Assembly: GCA_964552945.1 (NCBI GenBank)
Contig: CAZKIP010000001.1
Coordinates: 142,109 to 206,108 of the forward strand
DNA from: an uncultured Methanosarcinales archaeon
GTDB taxonomy: Archaea; Nanobdellota; Nanobdellia; Woesearchaeales; GW2011-AR9
DNA length: 64,000 nt
Direction: 5' to 3'
The notes beneath the pieces were generated by a model. It was given only the letters and a program-made list of their open reading frames with translations. It was not told where the DNA came from and ran no database searches. The first letter of the stretch is position 1. Every line of letters starts with the position of its first letter. This document shows positions 45,314 to 54,164 of this stretch, piece by piece. A program made the position numbers and the translations under genes.

Positions 45314-47284
45314 ATGAAACTTAATCAGAGAATACCTCTTTTAATTTTAATATCCTTAATTCTTATTTTATCTTCTCAAGCACAGGAAGAACTATATCAA
45401 CAAGATGCACTTGAATTAGAATTGGAAGTAAGAGGTAATTTTGAACTAAGTAGTAAACATCCAGATGCAAAAGTGCAAGATGTTAGAGTAGAACTTTTAC
45501 TTTATCCTTACGAAGAATTTAGACAAAAGAGTACAAATCTTCAAACAGAAGGTAAGCAGGGAGATAATAAAGTCACTTATGAATGGAACGATGGTAAATT
45601 TGGCACAAAACTATTTGGATACATTAATTCCGTGAGAACCATGAACACTAGAAAAAAAGTCAAATTAAAAGTCCCTTTCCCTCTAAAAAATGTCGCTGGT
45701 TTTGAAGACTATCTAAAACCAACCAAAACTATTGATTCAGATAATGCAAAAATTGTTGCACAAGCAAGCAAATTAGTGGAAGGAGAAGACGATCTCTTCA
45801 AAGCAATGTTCAACCTTGCAAGTTGGGTTGAAGAGAATGTAGAATACGATTTAAACACTCTTACAGCAAGCTCTTCTCAGAAAGCAAGTTGGGTTTTAGA
45901 TAATAAAAATGGTGTGTGTGATGAAATGACTGCGCTTTTTGTAGCCATGGCTAGATCAATAGGAGTACCAGCTAGATTTGTATCTGGGATTAGTTATAGT
46001 AACTCTGCACTTTTCTCATATCCTTGGCAACCGCATGGTTGGGCAGAAGTTTATTTCCCAGAAATTGGATGGGTGAGTTTTGATATTACTTTTAATCAAT
46101 ATGGATATGTTGATGTAACACATATTAAATTGAGAGAAGGTTTTGACCCAACTGAACCAGCATCAAAATATGAATGGACGGCTACAGCCGATAAAGTTGA
46201 TGTCAAACCAAATGAATTAGATTTCTCTGTAAAAATTAAGAAAGAAGGAACAATTGTTCCTGAAGAAATTTTGATAGAAGAAGAATTAATTTCAAAGAAA
46301 GTAGGATTCAATAGTTATAATTTAGTAAAAGGAATTATAAAAAATACTGCAGATTATTATGTAGCAACCGCCCTGAATCTTGCAGTTCCAAAAGAAATTG
46401 ATGTTGTTGGAAGAAACAGAAGAAACATTCTTTTAATGCCTAAAGAAGTTAGAGAAACTTTTTGGATTGTAAAAGTTCCAAACAATCTAAATGATAATTT
46501 CAAGTATACTTTTCCAGCTTTAATATATTCTGAAAAAAACATTTCAGTAAAAGAAGAATTTATTGTTCAAAATGGAGAGAAAACTTATAGTAAGAGAGAG
46601 ATAGAAAAATTAACAATTAAAGATGAAGAAAAAAGTTATTCAAGAAAAATTCGTTTCACTTGTAATAATCCAGAAGTTATTGATTTAAATGAACTTGGCA
46701 CATTTAGCTGCGTTCTTAAAAATGTAGGAAACGCAAATTTGGAAAATATAAAGTTCTGTTTAGGAGACCTTTGTAATATTGTTAACCTCCCAATTAACCA
46801 AGAACATAAACAGGAAGTTAAAATAAGAGGAATTGAAGTTGGTTGGAACAAAATAGTGGTTAGTGCTGTAAACAACCTTGTTGAAAAAAAGGATGACATA
46901 AGTTATAAAGTTTTAGATTCTCCTTCCGTAATAACTTCAGTTACAGTTCCTAAAAAAGTTAATTATGGCGAAACATTAAAAATTGTTTTTAATTTAGAGA
47001 AAAATTCATTTCAAATACCAAAAGGAGTAGTGGTAGTGGTAAAAGGCCCAGGATTTACTCAAAACTGGAATGTTTCATCGCTTGATCAAGAAAAAAAATT
47101 AGCAATAGAGTTAGAAGATTTTCCTTTCCAAAACAAGAATGTTTTTAAAATTACAACCTCCTGGAAAGATTCAGATCTTAAAGAGTATTCGGAATCAAAA
47201 GAAATTGTGATTTTAAGTGAAGGGAGATCATTTGCTGATAAAGTAGCCATGTTTCTCAATGGAATTCTAAATATGTTTAGTTAG
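45314..47284 (+). CDS. Secreted transglutaminase-like cysteine protease-fold protein
   Basis: Signal peptide. NGVCDEMTALFVAMARSIGVPARFVSG ... HGWAEVYF ... WVSFD gives the Cys-His-Asp core. Long beta-rich C-terminal region. Confidence 0.75.
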   Translation: MKLNQRIPLLILISLILILSSQAQEELYQQDALELELEVRGNFELSSKHPDAKVQDVRVELLLYPYEEFRQKSTNLQTEGKQGDNKVTYEWNDGKFGTKLFGYINSVRTMNTRKKVKLKVPFPLKNVAGFEDYLKPTKTIDSDNAKIVAQASKLVEGEDDLFKAMFNLASWVEENVEYDLNTLTASSSQKASWVLDNKNGVCDEMTALFVAMARSIGVPARFVSGISYSNSALFSYPWQPHGWAEVYFPEIGWVSFDITFNQYGYVDVTHIKLREGFDPTEPASKYEWTATADKVDVKPNELDFSVKIKKEGTIVPEEILIEEELISKKVGFNSYNLVKGIIKNTADYYVATALNLAVPKEIDVVGRNRRNILLMPKEVRETFWIVKVPNNLNDNFKYTFPALIYSEKNISVKEEFIVQNGEKTYSKREIEKLTIKDEEKSYSRKIRFTCNNPEVIDLNELGTFSCVLKNVGNANLENIKFCLGDLCNIVNLPINQEHKQEVKIRGIEVGWNKIVVSAVNNLVEKKDDISYKVLDSPSVITSVTVPKKVNYGETLKIVFNLEKNSFQIPKGVVVVVKGPGFTQNWNVSSLDQEKKLAIELEDFPFQNKNVFKITTSWKDSDLKEYSESKEIVILSEGRSFADKVAMFLNGILNMFS

Positions 47285-47375
47285 ATAATAAAAAAGATCC
47301 AACAATTATATCAAATTACTATAGAATTAATTGAAGATTAGAAAAAAATTAAATAAAAAAAAGAAATAAAAAAAA

Positions 47376-47957
47376 TTATCTCTTCCTCTTTCTTGTTGCT
47401 GCAGCCTTTTTACCAGCTTTTCTTCTTACAGCAGTTTTACGTTTTCTTGTTGCTGCTGCCTTTTTACCAGCTTTTCTTCTTACAGCTGCTTTACGTTTCT
47501 TAGTTGCTGCACCTTTCTTAGCTGCTTTTCTTCTTACTGCAGTTTTACGCTTTTTAGTTGCTGCACCTTTCTTAGCTGCTTTAGATCTCTTAGTTGATTT
47601 CTTCTTAGCCGGAGCCTTCTTTTTCTTAACAGCTTTCTTCTTAGTCGCTTTCTTTTTTGTTGCTTTCTTCTTCACTGCCTTCTTTTTCTTAACAGCCTTC
47701 TTCTTTACAGCTTTTTTCTTAGTTGCTTTCTTTTTAGTTGCTTTCTTCTTCTTCACTGCTTTCCTTTTAACAGCCTTTTTCTTTACAGCCTTCTTTTTAG
47801 TTGCTTTTCTTTTGGTTGCTTTCTTCTTAGTTACTTTCTTCTTCACTGCCTTTCTTTTAACAGTTTTTTTCTTAACTGCTTTTTTTCTGGCAGGTTTCTT
47901 TTTAGAAGCTGCTTTTCTTTTCACAGTCCTTTTTTTTGTTGCCTTTTTAGCCATCAT
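47376..47957 (-). CDS. Lys/Ala-rich histone-H1-like repeat protein
   Basis: ORF track. Almost entirely K/A/T/V/R (KKAVKKK, ATKKK units) with C-terminal 18-aa repeats. Shine-Dalgarno GAGGTG. Confidence 0.6.
   Translation of the reverse strand: MMAKKATKKRTVKRKAASKKKPARKKAVKKKTVKRKAVKKKVTKKKATKRKATKKKAVKKKAVKRKAVKKKKATKKKATKKKAVKKKAVKKKKAVKKKATKKKATKKKAVKKKKAPAKKKSTKRSKAAKKGAATKKRKTAVRRKAAKKGAATKKRKAAVRRKAGKKAAATRKRKTAVRRKAGKKAAATRKRKR
47379..47585 (-). repeat. About 3.7 tandem copies of a 54-bp unit (18-aa A(A/G)KK(G/A)AAT(K/R)KRK(T/A)AVRRK) at the 3' end of the Lys-rich gene (borders approximate)
   Basis: Read from DNA and protein. The first two DNA units are nearly identical. Confidence 0.7.
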
Positions 47958-48360
47958 CACACCTCTTTAGGTTTTAATACGAGGAAGAAAGAAGTTTCTC
48001 TTTTTAAAGATTTCCTTTTGACAAATAAAAAAAGGGGTCAAAAAAAAAATTGTAAAAAAAATAAAAAATAAAAATAATAAAAACTATTTTTTCTACGACG
48101 AGAAAAAAATTAAAAAGTAAAAAAACTTTTAATTTTAAAAAAATAATAAGTTTGTTAAAAAAAATAAAAAAACAATTCAAAAAATATTTTTGGAAATCTA
48201 AAAAGTTGCTTTTTGTTGGAAAAAAATAAGAAAAGTTAGATAAAGTGTTAAAAAATGAAATTAATTTTATAGAGAAAGAGACAGGTTAAATTTGCAAAAA
48301 TGTCTTTTTTTCAAATAAAAATAAATAGTTTTAAAAATAATAAGCCATATTTTGATAAAA

Positions 48361-49575
48361 ATGACAAAAGAAAGCCTAAGCAAGAAGATTATCTACTCTG
48401 AGTCCATACCAGTTAAAGACCTCGAATCGGATAATCAAGCACTTGCAGAAACTGTTGAAAAGCTCGAAGGAGATAACAAATTATTAAATGATTCCTTTCA
48501 AAAACTAGAGGAAGAAGCAGTAATGCTTAGAGAATTGTTTAACAATGTAAGTAATGAACTTAATAACTTGAAAAAACCATCTCTTTTAGTTGCAGATGTA
48601 GTAAGTGTTATAGACGACAAAGCAATAGTTAAGCTACCTAATGGGAATAAATTTTATAGTTACGTATCTCAAGACATAAAAGATCTTCTTGCAGGTGATA
48701 GTGTTTTAGTAGATCAAAAATCCTTGAACATTGTAGAAAGAATTTCTCTTGCTACAAACTTGGATGTTGAGAAATATGTTATAATCGAAAAACCAAAAGA
48801 AAGTTGGAAAGATATTGGTGGATTAAAACAAGAAATTGAAGAGATAAAGGAAGTAATTGAACTCCCTCTGAAAAAACCAAAATTGTTTGAAGAAGTAGGA
48901 ATCCATCCTCCAAAGGGGATTCTTCTTCATGGACCTCCTGGAACCGGAAAAACTTTGTTGGCAAAAGCTGTTGCAAATAGTACAAATGCAACATTTATTG
49001 AAGTTGTTGGTTCTGAATTAGTTCAAAAATTCATTGGAGAAGGAGCTAAATTGGTAAAAGAGATATTTAATTTGGCTAGAGATAAATCTCCAGCAATAGT
49101 TTTTATAGACGAAATTGATGCGTTAGCAGCAACCAGAATAGATACTGGAACTTCAGGAGAAAGAGAAGTTAACAGAACTTTCATGCAATTATTAGCAGAA
49201 TTGGATGGGTTTAAACCATTGGATAACGTAAAAGTTGTTGGTGCAACAAATAGATTAGATATTTTAGATAAAGCAATGATTCGTCCCGGTAGATTAGATA
49301 GATTAATTGAAGTTGGCCTTCCTGAAATTGAAGGAATTATTGAAATTCTTAAAGTGCATACAAAAAACATGAATCTTAACAAAGTTAGTTTGAAGAAAAT
49401 TGCTGAAAACATGCTTTTCTTCAGTGGAGCAGAAGTTAAAGCAGTTTGCACGGAAGCAGGTTATTTTGCTATTAGAGACAATAGAAGCCAAGTTTATCAA
49501 GACGATTTTCTTCTAGCGATAGAAAAAGTAAAAATTGAAGAAGAAGATCAAGATCCAGCAAAACTATTTGGTTAA
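48361..49575 (+). CDS. pan: Proteasome-activating nucleotidase (PAN, AAA+ ATPase)
   Basis: N-terminal coiled coil, OB segment, GILLHGPPGTGKTLLAKAVA, FIDEID, and SGAEVKAVCTEAG. Confidence 0.9.
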   Translation: MTKESLSKKIIYSESIPVKDLESDNQALAETVEKLEGDNKLLNDSFQKLEEEAVMLRELFNNVSNELNNLKKPSLLVADVVSVIDDKAIVKLPNGNKFYSYVSQDIKDLLAGDSVLVDQKSLNIVERISLATNLDVEKYVIIEKPKESWKDIGGLKQEIEEIKEVIELPLKKPKLFEEVGIHPPKGILLHGPPGTGKTLLAKAVANSTNATFIEVVGSELVQKFIGEGAKLVKEIFNLARDKSPAIVFIDEIDALAATRIDTGTSGEREVNRTFMQLLAELDGFKPLDNVKVVGATNRLDILDKAMIRPGRLDRLIEVGLPEIEGIIEILKVHTKNMNLNKVSLKKIAENMLFFSGAEVKAVCTEAGYFAIRDNRSQVYQDDFLLAIEKVKIEEEDQDPAKLFG

Positions 49576-49793
49576 TGTGTCGTAAATAGAAGATGTATAT
49601 AATTAATTTTTATTCAATTTTTTATTAAAGCTTTAGTTATCCCCTATTTTTTCCAAGTAATTTTATGGGCGTTCATCAGTTACTACCGTCTGGCATAGAG
49701 AGCCAAGGGTGTTCACATAATCATTACGCTATCCACTTTCTTATTAGAAACAGGTTTTATTATAAAATTTTCTTAAATTTCTCCATCAGATTC

Positions 49794-50813
49794 CTATTTT
49801 AACACTTTTATATCAAAACAAACCCTAAATACTCCAGGAGAGAATTGTCCACATTTTACTTTCCTAATAATTCTAACTGCATGTCCTTGCTCCTTACAAA
49901 GGTTACTTACTTTTCTAGCATAAGTGTTGATTTCAGTTTCATTTAAGAAAGAGTACAAATGAATGATTGTGCCAACAATACTTCTTTTCAAAGCTAAATC
50001 AATGAATTCTTCACCCGTTTTTGGGAGAGGCATAGCAATTCTATCAAATTTTTTTCTTAGTTTGGGGATTATTTTTCTTACATCTCCCCTAAGAAGATTA
50101 ATATTATTAAGATTATTAAGCTCAATGCTTTGTAGAGCATATTGGTGTGCTGCTAGATTTAATTCAACTGCATAAATCTTGTTAGCGGGTGAATTTTTTG
50201 AAATAACTAAAGGGTATGGTGCGGCTCCGGAGAACATCACTAGAACATTTTCTCCTTTCTTTACTTGTTTTGCTACCCTTAATCTTTCATTACCAGATCT
50301 GGCAGAAAAATAAGTTTTTTCCAAATGAAGTTTTAATTTAATTCCATTTTCGTAATGAACCGTCTCTTTAGATTTTTTACCTGCCAAAATTTTAACTTTT
50401 CTGGTCCTAAAAACTCCAGAATGCATTTTAGATTTCTTAACTATCGTAGAAAGGTTTTTGTTAAGTTTTAGATAAGCTTCTGCAATTAACTTTTCTTTTT
50501 TTTGAAGTTTATCAGGAATCTCTAAAATCATTATCTTTCCTACAATCTCTTGTGATTTGGGAAGAATTTCTAATTGTTTAGCGGTCAGTTTATTTTTTAA
50601 TAAAGTAAGAATTGTTTCTGATTTGAATTTTTCTGGGAAAGAAAATTTCGTATTAACTACTTTTGCTCCAGGTATTTTAATTTTTTTTGTAATAGGAAAA
50701 TAAATACGATTTAACTCCTTAACTGGACCAAATTTGAAGTTTAAAATGTTTTTTTTAATAATAAATTGTTTTACCTTCTGTGCATTTTTCAATTCAGTAT
50801 AAGCGGAGAGCAT
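49794..50813 (-). CDS. trm5: tRNA (m1G37) methyltransferase Trm5/Taw22-like (Met-10+ family)
   Basis: NERLRVAKQVKKGENVLVMFSGAAPYPLVISK...YAVELN...DRIAMPLP. Confidence 0.7.
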   Translation of the reverse strand: MLSAYTELKNAQKVKQFIIKKNILNFKFGPVKELNRIYFPITKKIKIPGAKVVNTKFSFPEKFKSETILTLLKNKLTAKQLEILPKSQEIVGKIMILEIPDKLQKKEKLIAEAYLKLNKNLSTIVKKSKMHSGVFRTRKVKILAGKKSKETVHYENGIKLKLHLEKTYFSARSGNERLRVAKQVKKGENVLVMFSGAAPYPLVISKNSPANKIYAVELNLAAHQYALQSIELNNLNNINLLRGDVRKIIPKLRKKFDRIAMPLPKTGEEFIDLALKRSIVGTIIHLYSFLNETEINTYARKVSNLCKEQGHAVRIIRKVKCGQFSPGVFRVCFDIKVLK

Positions 50814-50921
50814 AGTAGAGAATAAGTAAAGCACTATAAAAAGTTATCTGGAGCCTTACCCAACAGAGATAGGCCCTTCACAATCAAAAATTTAATAAAC
50901 ATTCTTTATCTGCAAATAGTA

Positions 50922-51737
50922 ATGAAGAAGAAAACTAAAAAGAAATTGCTGAAAGGAGGTAAATTCATCTTAAAATTGTTGGTAGTTTATCCTGCGAAAG
51001 CACTATTCTTTATAGGAAAAAAAGCAGTTTCTGGCACTAAAACTGCAGGTAAAAAAATAGATGAAAAACGAATTGAAAATTATCGGCCAAAAGTGGAACC
51101 AAAATTTGACCCGCTTCTTGAAGTGAAAAATAAAAAAGGCGATTTAAACAAATTTGATAACAAAATATTCTCAAATAAAAGCACCATTGGGCTTATACTT
51201 GGAGCTAGAGGGACCGGAAAAAGTGCTATAGGAATGAGACTTCTTGAAAATTATAGATCTAAAACAAATAAAGAGATTTATGCAATGGGTTTCAAAAAAG
51301 AACCTTTACCAAAATGGATAAATGTCGTAAAAAGTATAGACGAAATTCAAAATAATTCAGTTATTTTAATTGATGAAGGAGGCATTGAATTTAGTAGTAG
51401 AAAAGCGATGAGTGGAGCAAACAAATTACTTTCAGAATTATTACTTGTTGCCAGACATAAAGATCTTTCTGTAATGTTCATAACTCAAAATTCAGCAAAT
51501 TTGGAAATAAATGCAATCAGACAAGCTGATTATTTAATTTTAAAACCAAGTTCATTGCTACAAAAAGATTTTGAAAGGCAGAAGATAAAGAAAATTTATC
51601 AATCTGTAGAAGAAGAATTTGAAGAATTAAGGGATACAGAGGGAATTACTTATCTTTACACGGATATTTATCAAGGTTTTGTTACCAATTCTTTACCTAG
51701 TTTCTGGGGAGAAAAAGTTAGTAAAGGGTTTGCATAA
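50922..51737 (+). CDS. Small membrane-anchored P-loop ATPase, FtsK/HerA-superfamily-like (Zot / A32-like size class)
   Basis: Basic N-terminus plus hydrophobic segment, Walker A GARGTGKS, Walker B SVILIDEGG, then ARHKDLSVMFITQNS (Arg plus sensor Gln). Confidence 0.5.
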   Translation: MKKKTKKKLLKGGKFILKLLVVYPAKALFFIGKKAVSGTKTAGKKIDEKRIENYRPKVEPKFDPLLEVKNKKGDLNKFDNKIFSNKSTIGLILGARGTGKSAIGMRLLENYRSKTNKEIYAMGFKKEPLPKWINVVKSIDEIQNNSVILIDEGGIEFSSRKAMSGANKLLSELLLVARHKDLSVMFITQNSANLEINAIRQADYLILKPSSLLQKDFERQKIKKIYQSVEEEFEELRDTEGITYLYTDIYQGFVTNSLPSFWGEKVSKGFA

Positions 51738-51778
51738 TCTAAATAATAATAATAATAATTTAAAACAAAAGAATATTT

Positions 51779-52813
51779 CTAAAAAAAGCTGTTTAAACCA
51801 GTTTGATTAAGTTTCTTTTGTTGCTGCTGCAATTTTTCTAATTTGGAATTTACTCTCTGTTCACTAAACTCAAATTCTTTTAACAATTCTCGCAAAATGT
51901 CATCGTCAATCTTATTCCATTCTAAGTTATAATCCTTAGTAACTGGGATATCTTTAATGGTATCATAAATTGTTTTCCATGGTAAATCGGGAGATTCTTC
52001 GTCCCAGTGGACTTCTTCAAAAATTTTCTCAAAATTGTCCTTATGCTGTTGTACTAACTTTAAACCCTTCTTAGGACCAATTCCTTTAATACCACCGGGG
52101 TTATAATCGGTTCCTACCAATATTGCTAAAATAATAAGTTGTTCCCTGGTTAACTTCAATTCTTCCAATACCGAACTTAATTCAATCATCTCAGGTTTTA
52201 TGGTAACAAAACCCAGCTTCCCTGTTTTTTTCCTTTTACCAGCAATTGACAAATTTCTTATTAAAGTTGGACAACCAAAAATGAGGTTATCATAATCTTG
52301 AGAAACGGAAGCATAAGCGTCTCCTTGAGCAACCATAAATGCAGTTTGTGCTTCACCTTCTGAAGGAGCTTGTACTATTGGCAAACCAAGCGCAGTAATA
52401 ACTTTTTTTGCATCATCAATAAGTTCTTTAGTTAATTTTACTGTGCGAGCAGAAAACTTTTTCATTGCTGCCAAATCTCCATCAACTTTTGCTTTATCTA
52501 ACAATAAAGAAGCTTGTTTTTTTACTTCCGCTCTTTTATCCCATGTTTTCTGTTTAATTGCAGGAGGTTTTCCATCAAAAACAAATACCAATTTAAGTCC
52601 TTCTTCCATTAAAGAAGTTGTTCTATTAAAAAGTCCAATCAAGTGGGAAGTAACTCTCCCTTTCGAATCGGTTAACGGAGAACCATCAGGGCCCCTTATG
52701 GTTGTAAGAAATTGGTACAATAAGTTATAAGAATCAACCGCTAAAATTTTATCCCTTAAATCTTTAATTGTAACTTCTTTAGGAGAAACAATATCTTTAA
52801 ATTTTAAACCCAT
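51779..52813 (-). CDS. fen: Flap endonuclease FEN1
   Basis: AVDSYNLLYQFL, VFVFDGKPP, APSEGEAQ, GTDYN, and the H3TH GIGPKKGLKL. Confidence 0.95.
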   Translation of the reverse strand: MGLKFKDIVSPKEVTIKDLRDKILAVDSYNLLYQFLTTIRGPDGSPLTDSKGRVTSHLIGLFNRTTSLMEEGLKLVFVFDGKPPAIKQKTWDKRAEVKKQASLLLDKAKVDGDLAAMKKFSARTVKLTKELIDDAKKVITALGLPIVQAPSEGEAQTAFMVAQGDAYASVSQDYDNLIFGCPTLIRNLSIAGKRKKTGKLGFVTIKPEMIELSSVLEELKLTREQLIILAILVGTDYNPGGIKGIGPKKGLKLVQQHKDNFEKIFEEVHWDEESPDLPWKTIYDTIKDIPVTKDYNLEWNKIDDDILRELLKEFEFSEQRVNSKLEKLQQQQKKLNQTGLNSFF

Positions 52814-52883
52814 TTTATTATATTGATTATTATTTGTTGATTATATTTATTTAATTCTTAAAAAGATTCTATTCTGTTATATA

Positions 52884-54071
52884 TTATTCTATTTTTCTTA
52901 CTATAGCATTTTCAAATGCATCACTTTTCAACATTTCCGTTGCTTTTTTGCCTAATTCATTTGAATAAAGAAATAACAAAGGAAGTTTTTTTATTTGAGC
53001 TTCCATGTACGCAGAAGAAACATCTTTCTCGTCACACTTCTTTTTGCTTTTAGCTTTACAAAAATAAGTCATTGAACCAACTGCAGAAGGCACAGAAATT
53101 AAGAAATTCATCTCTGAATTTTTCCTTATTAATTCCTTTTTCTGAATAGAAATTTCTAACCCCTTAAAAAAAGTTTCCAATACAGGCAAGAATTGTTCTT
53201 CCTTAACAACTCTCTTTTTCCGAGATTTTTTTTCAAGAAGTTCTTCTAGTTCTAATTTTTTAACTCTAATTTCTTCCTTTTTCTCTTCTTCAGAAGACTC
53301 TTCCTCTTGGAGGTCATCTTTTTTCTTGTCCTTTAATGATTCTTCTTTTTCTTTATTTTTATTCTGAACTTCTTCCTTATCTTTATTTTTGTTTTTGCTA
53401 TCATCTAATTTTAAATTTTCTTTTACATCTTCTTTTTTAATTTCTTTTGTTTTTGCATCGCTCTTAGATACCTCAGAGGTTTGTGGTTCAATCAAAGTTT
53501 TCTGCCCACTTTCTGATCCTGGTTCTTTCCTTAATGATTCTTCAGATTCTGAAAGTTCTGGAGCCTCAATAGGTTCTATAGCTTCTGCAGGTTCAGTTAA
53601 TTCAGAAATTTTCTGTTCTTCTTTTTTAGGGCCGAGTATCTCAGCAACAAGCTCGTTTGTTTCATCCTTACTAAGAATGTGCCATCTCCAAAATAATTCC
53701 ACCTTTTCTTCAGTCCTTACTTGTAATGGAACTGCAAAATCTTTTAAAGAACGTAGAGCAACTTTTTCCAAAAGATCTAAATCAGATTCTTTCAAAACCT
53801 TTTCTTCCTTAAGTTTTTCTAGAACCACATAATTTTTTGGGTTCATATTTCCAGCAGCAAAATCAAATAATTGCTCTTCTTGACCTGGAAGATAGTATAA
53901 AGGAGAACCGCCTATTTTCAATGAAGATAAAGAAACCTTTTTCTGAGAAACTAAATCAGCCAGGTGTGCTGAAGCCATTAGTATACTTGAATCTATATTT
54001 TTCGCTACTTTAGTTGGTAAAGTTGGCCCAATTTGTTTCAAAAACTCGAGAATTTTATCATTGACAGTCAT
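52884..54071 (-). CDS. Hypothetical protein: N-terminal winged-helix-like domain, long E/K/S low-complexity linker, conserved-looking C-terminal domain
   Basis: ILEFLKQIGPTLPTKVAKNIDSSILMASAHLADLVSQKKV...GGSPLYYLPGQ. The linker spans about residues 150-290. Confidence 0.45.
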   Translation of the reverse strand: MTVNDKILEFLKQIGPTLPTKVAKNIDSSILMASAHLADLVSQKKVSLSSLKIGGSPLYYLPGQEEQLFDFAAGNMNPKNYVVLEKLKEEKVLKESDLDLLEKVALRSLKDFAVPLQVRTEEKVELFWRWHILSKDETNELVAEILGPKKEEQKISELTEPAEAIEPIEAPELSESEESLRKEPGSESGQKTLIEPQTSEVSKSDAKTKEIKKEDVKENLKLDDSKNKNKDKEEVQNKNKEKEESLKDKKKDDLQEEESSEEEKKEEIRVKKLELEELLEKKSRKKRVVKEEQFLPVLETFFKGLEISIQKKELIRKNSEMNFLISVPSAVGSMTYFCKAKSKKKCDEKDVSSAYMEAQIKKLPLLFLYSNELGKKATEMLKSDAFENAIVRKIE

Positions 54072-54164
54072 CCTTTCTTGTGATGTATATGGGTTTAAAT
54101 AATTTTTGTAACTAAAAAGATGATGTTAAGGAATTTAGAAGAATAAAAGAAAAAATAAGAGGAA

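Noticed and set aside
47961-48351. The A-rich 390-bp spacer as the chromosomal replication origin.
   Set aside because: No ORB/mini-ORB-type repeated elements were seen, there is no adjacent orc1/cdc6, and no strand-bias switch of genes is obvious at this point. It is retained only as a curved-promoter observation.
49640-49793. A relatively GC-richer patch in the PAN/Trm5 convergent spacer. It includes a 45-codon ORF (MGVHQLLPSGIESQGCSHNHYAIHF...) and a UGAUGA on the minus strand.
   Set aside because: No Shine-Dalgarno, no recognisable protein motif, no stable hairpin and no box C/D pairing. It is probably 3' UTR or a decayed gene fragment.
51742-51759. (AAT)6 microsatellite just after the P-loop ATPase gene.
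   Set aside because: It is a short intergenic simple repeat of no evident function. Noted only as a potential strain-typing marker.
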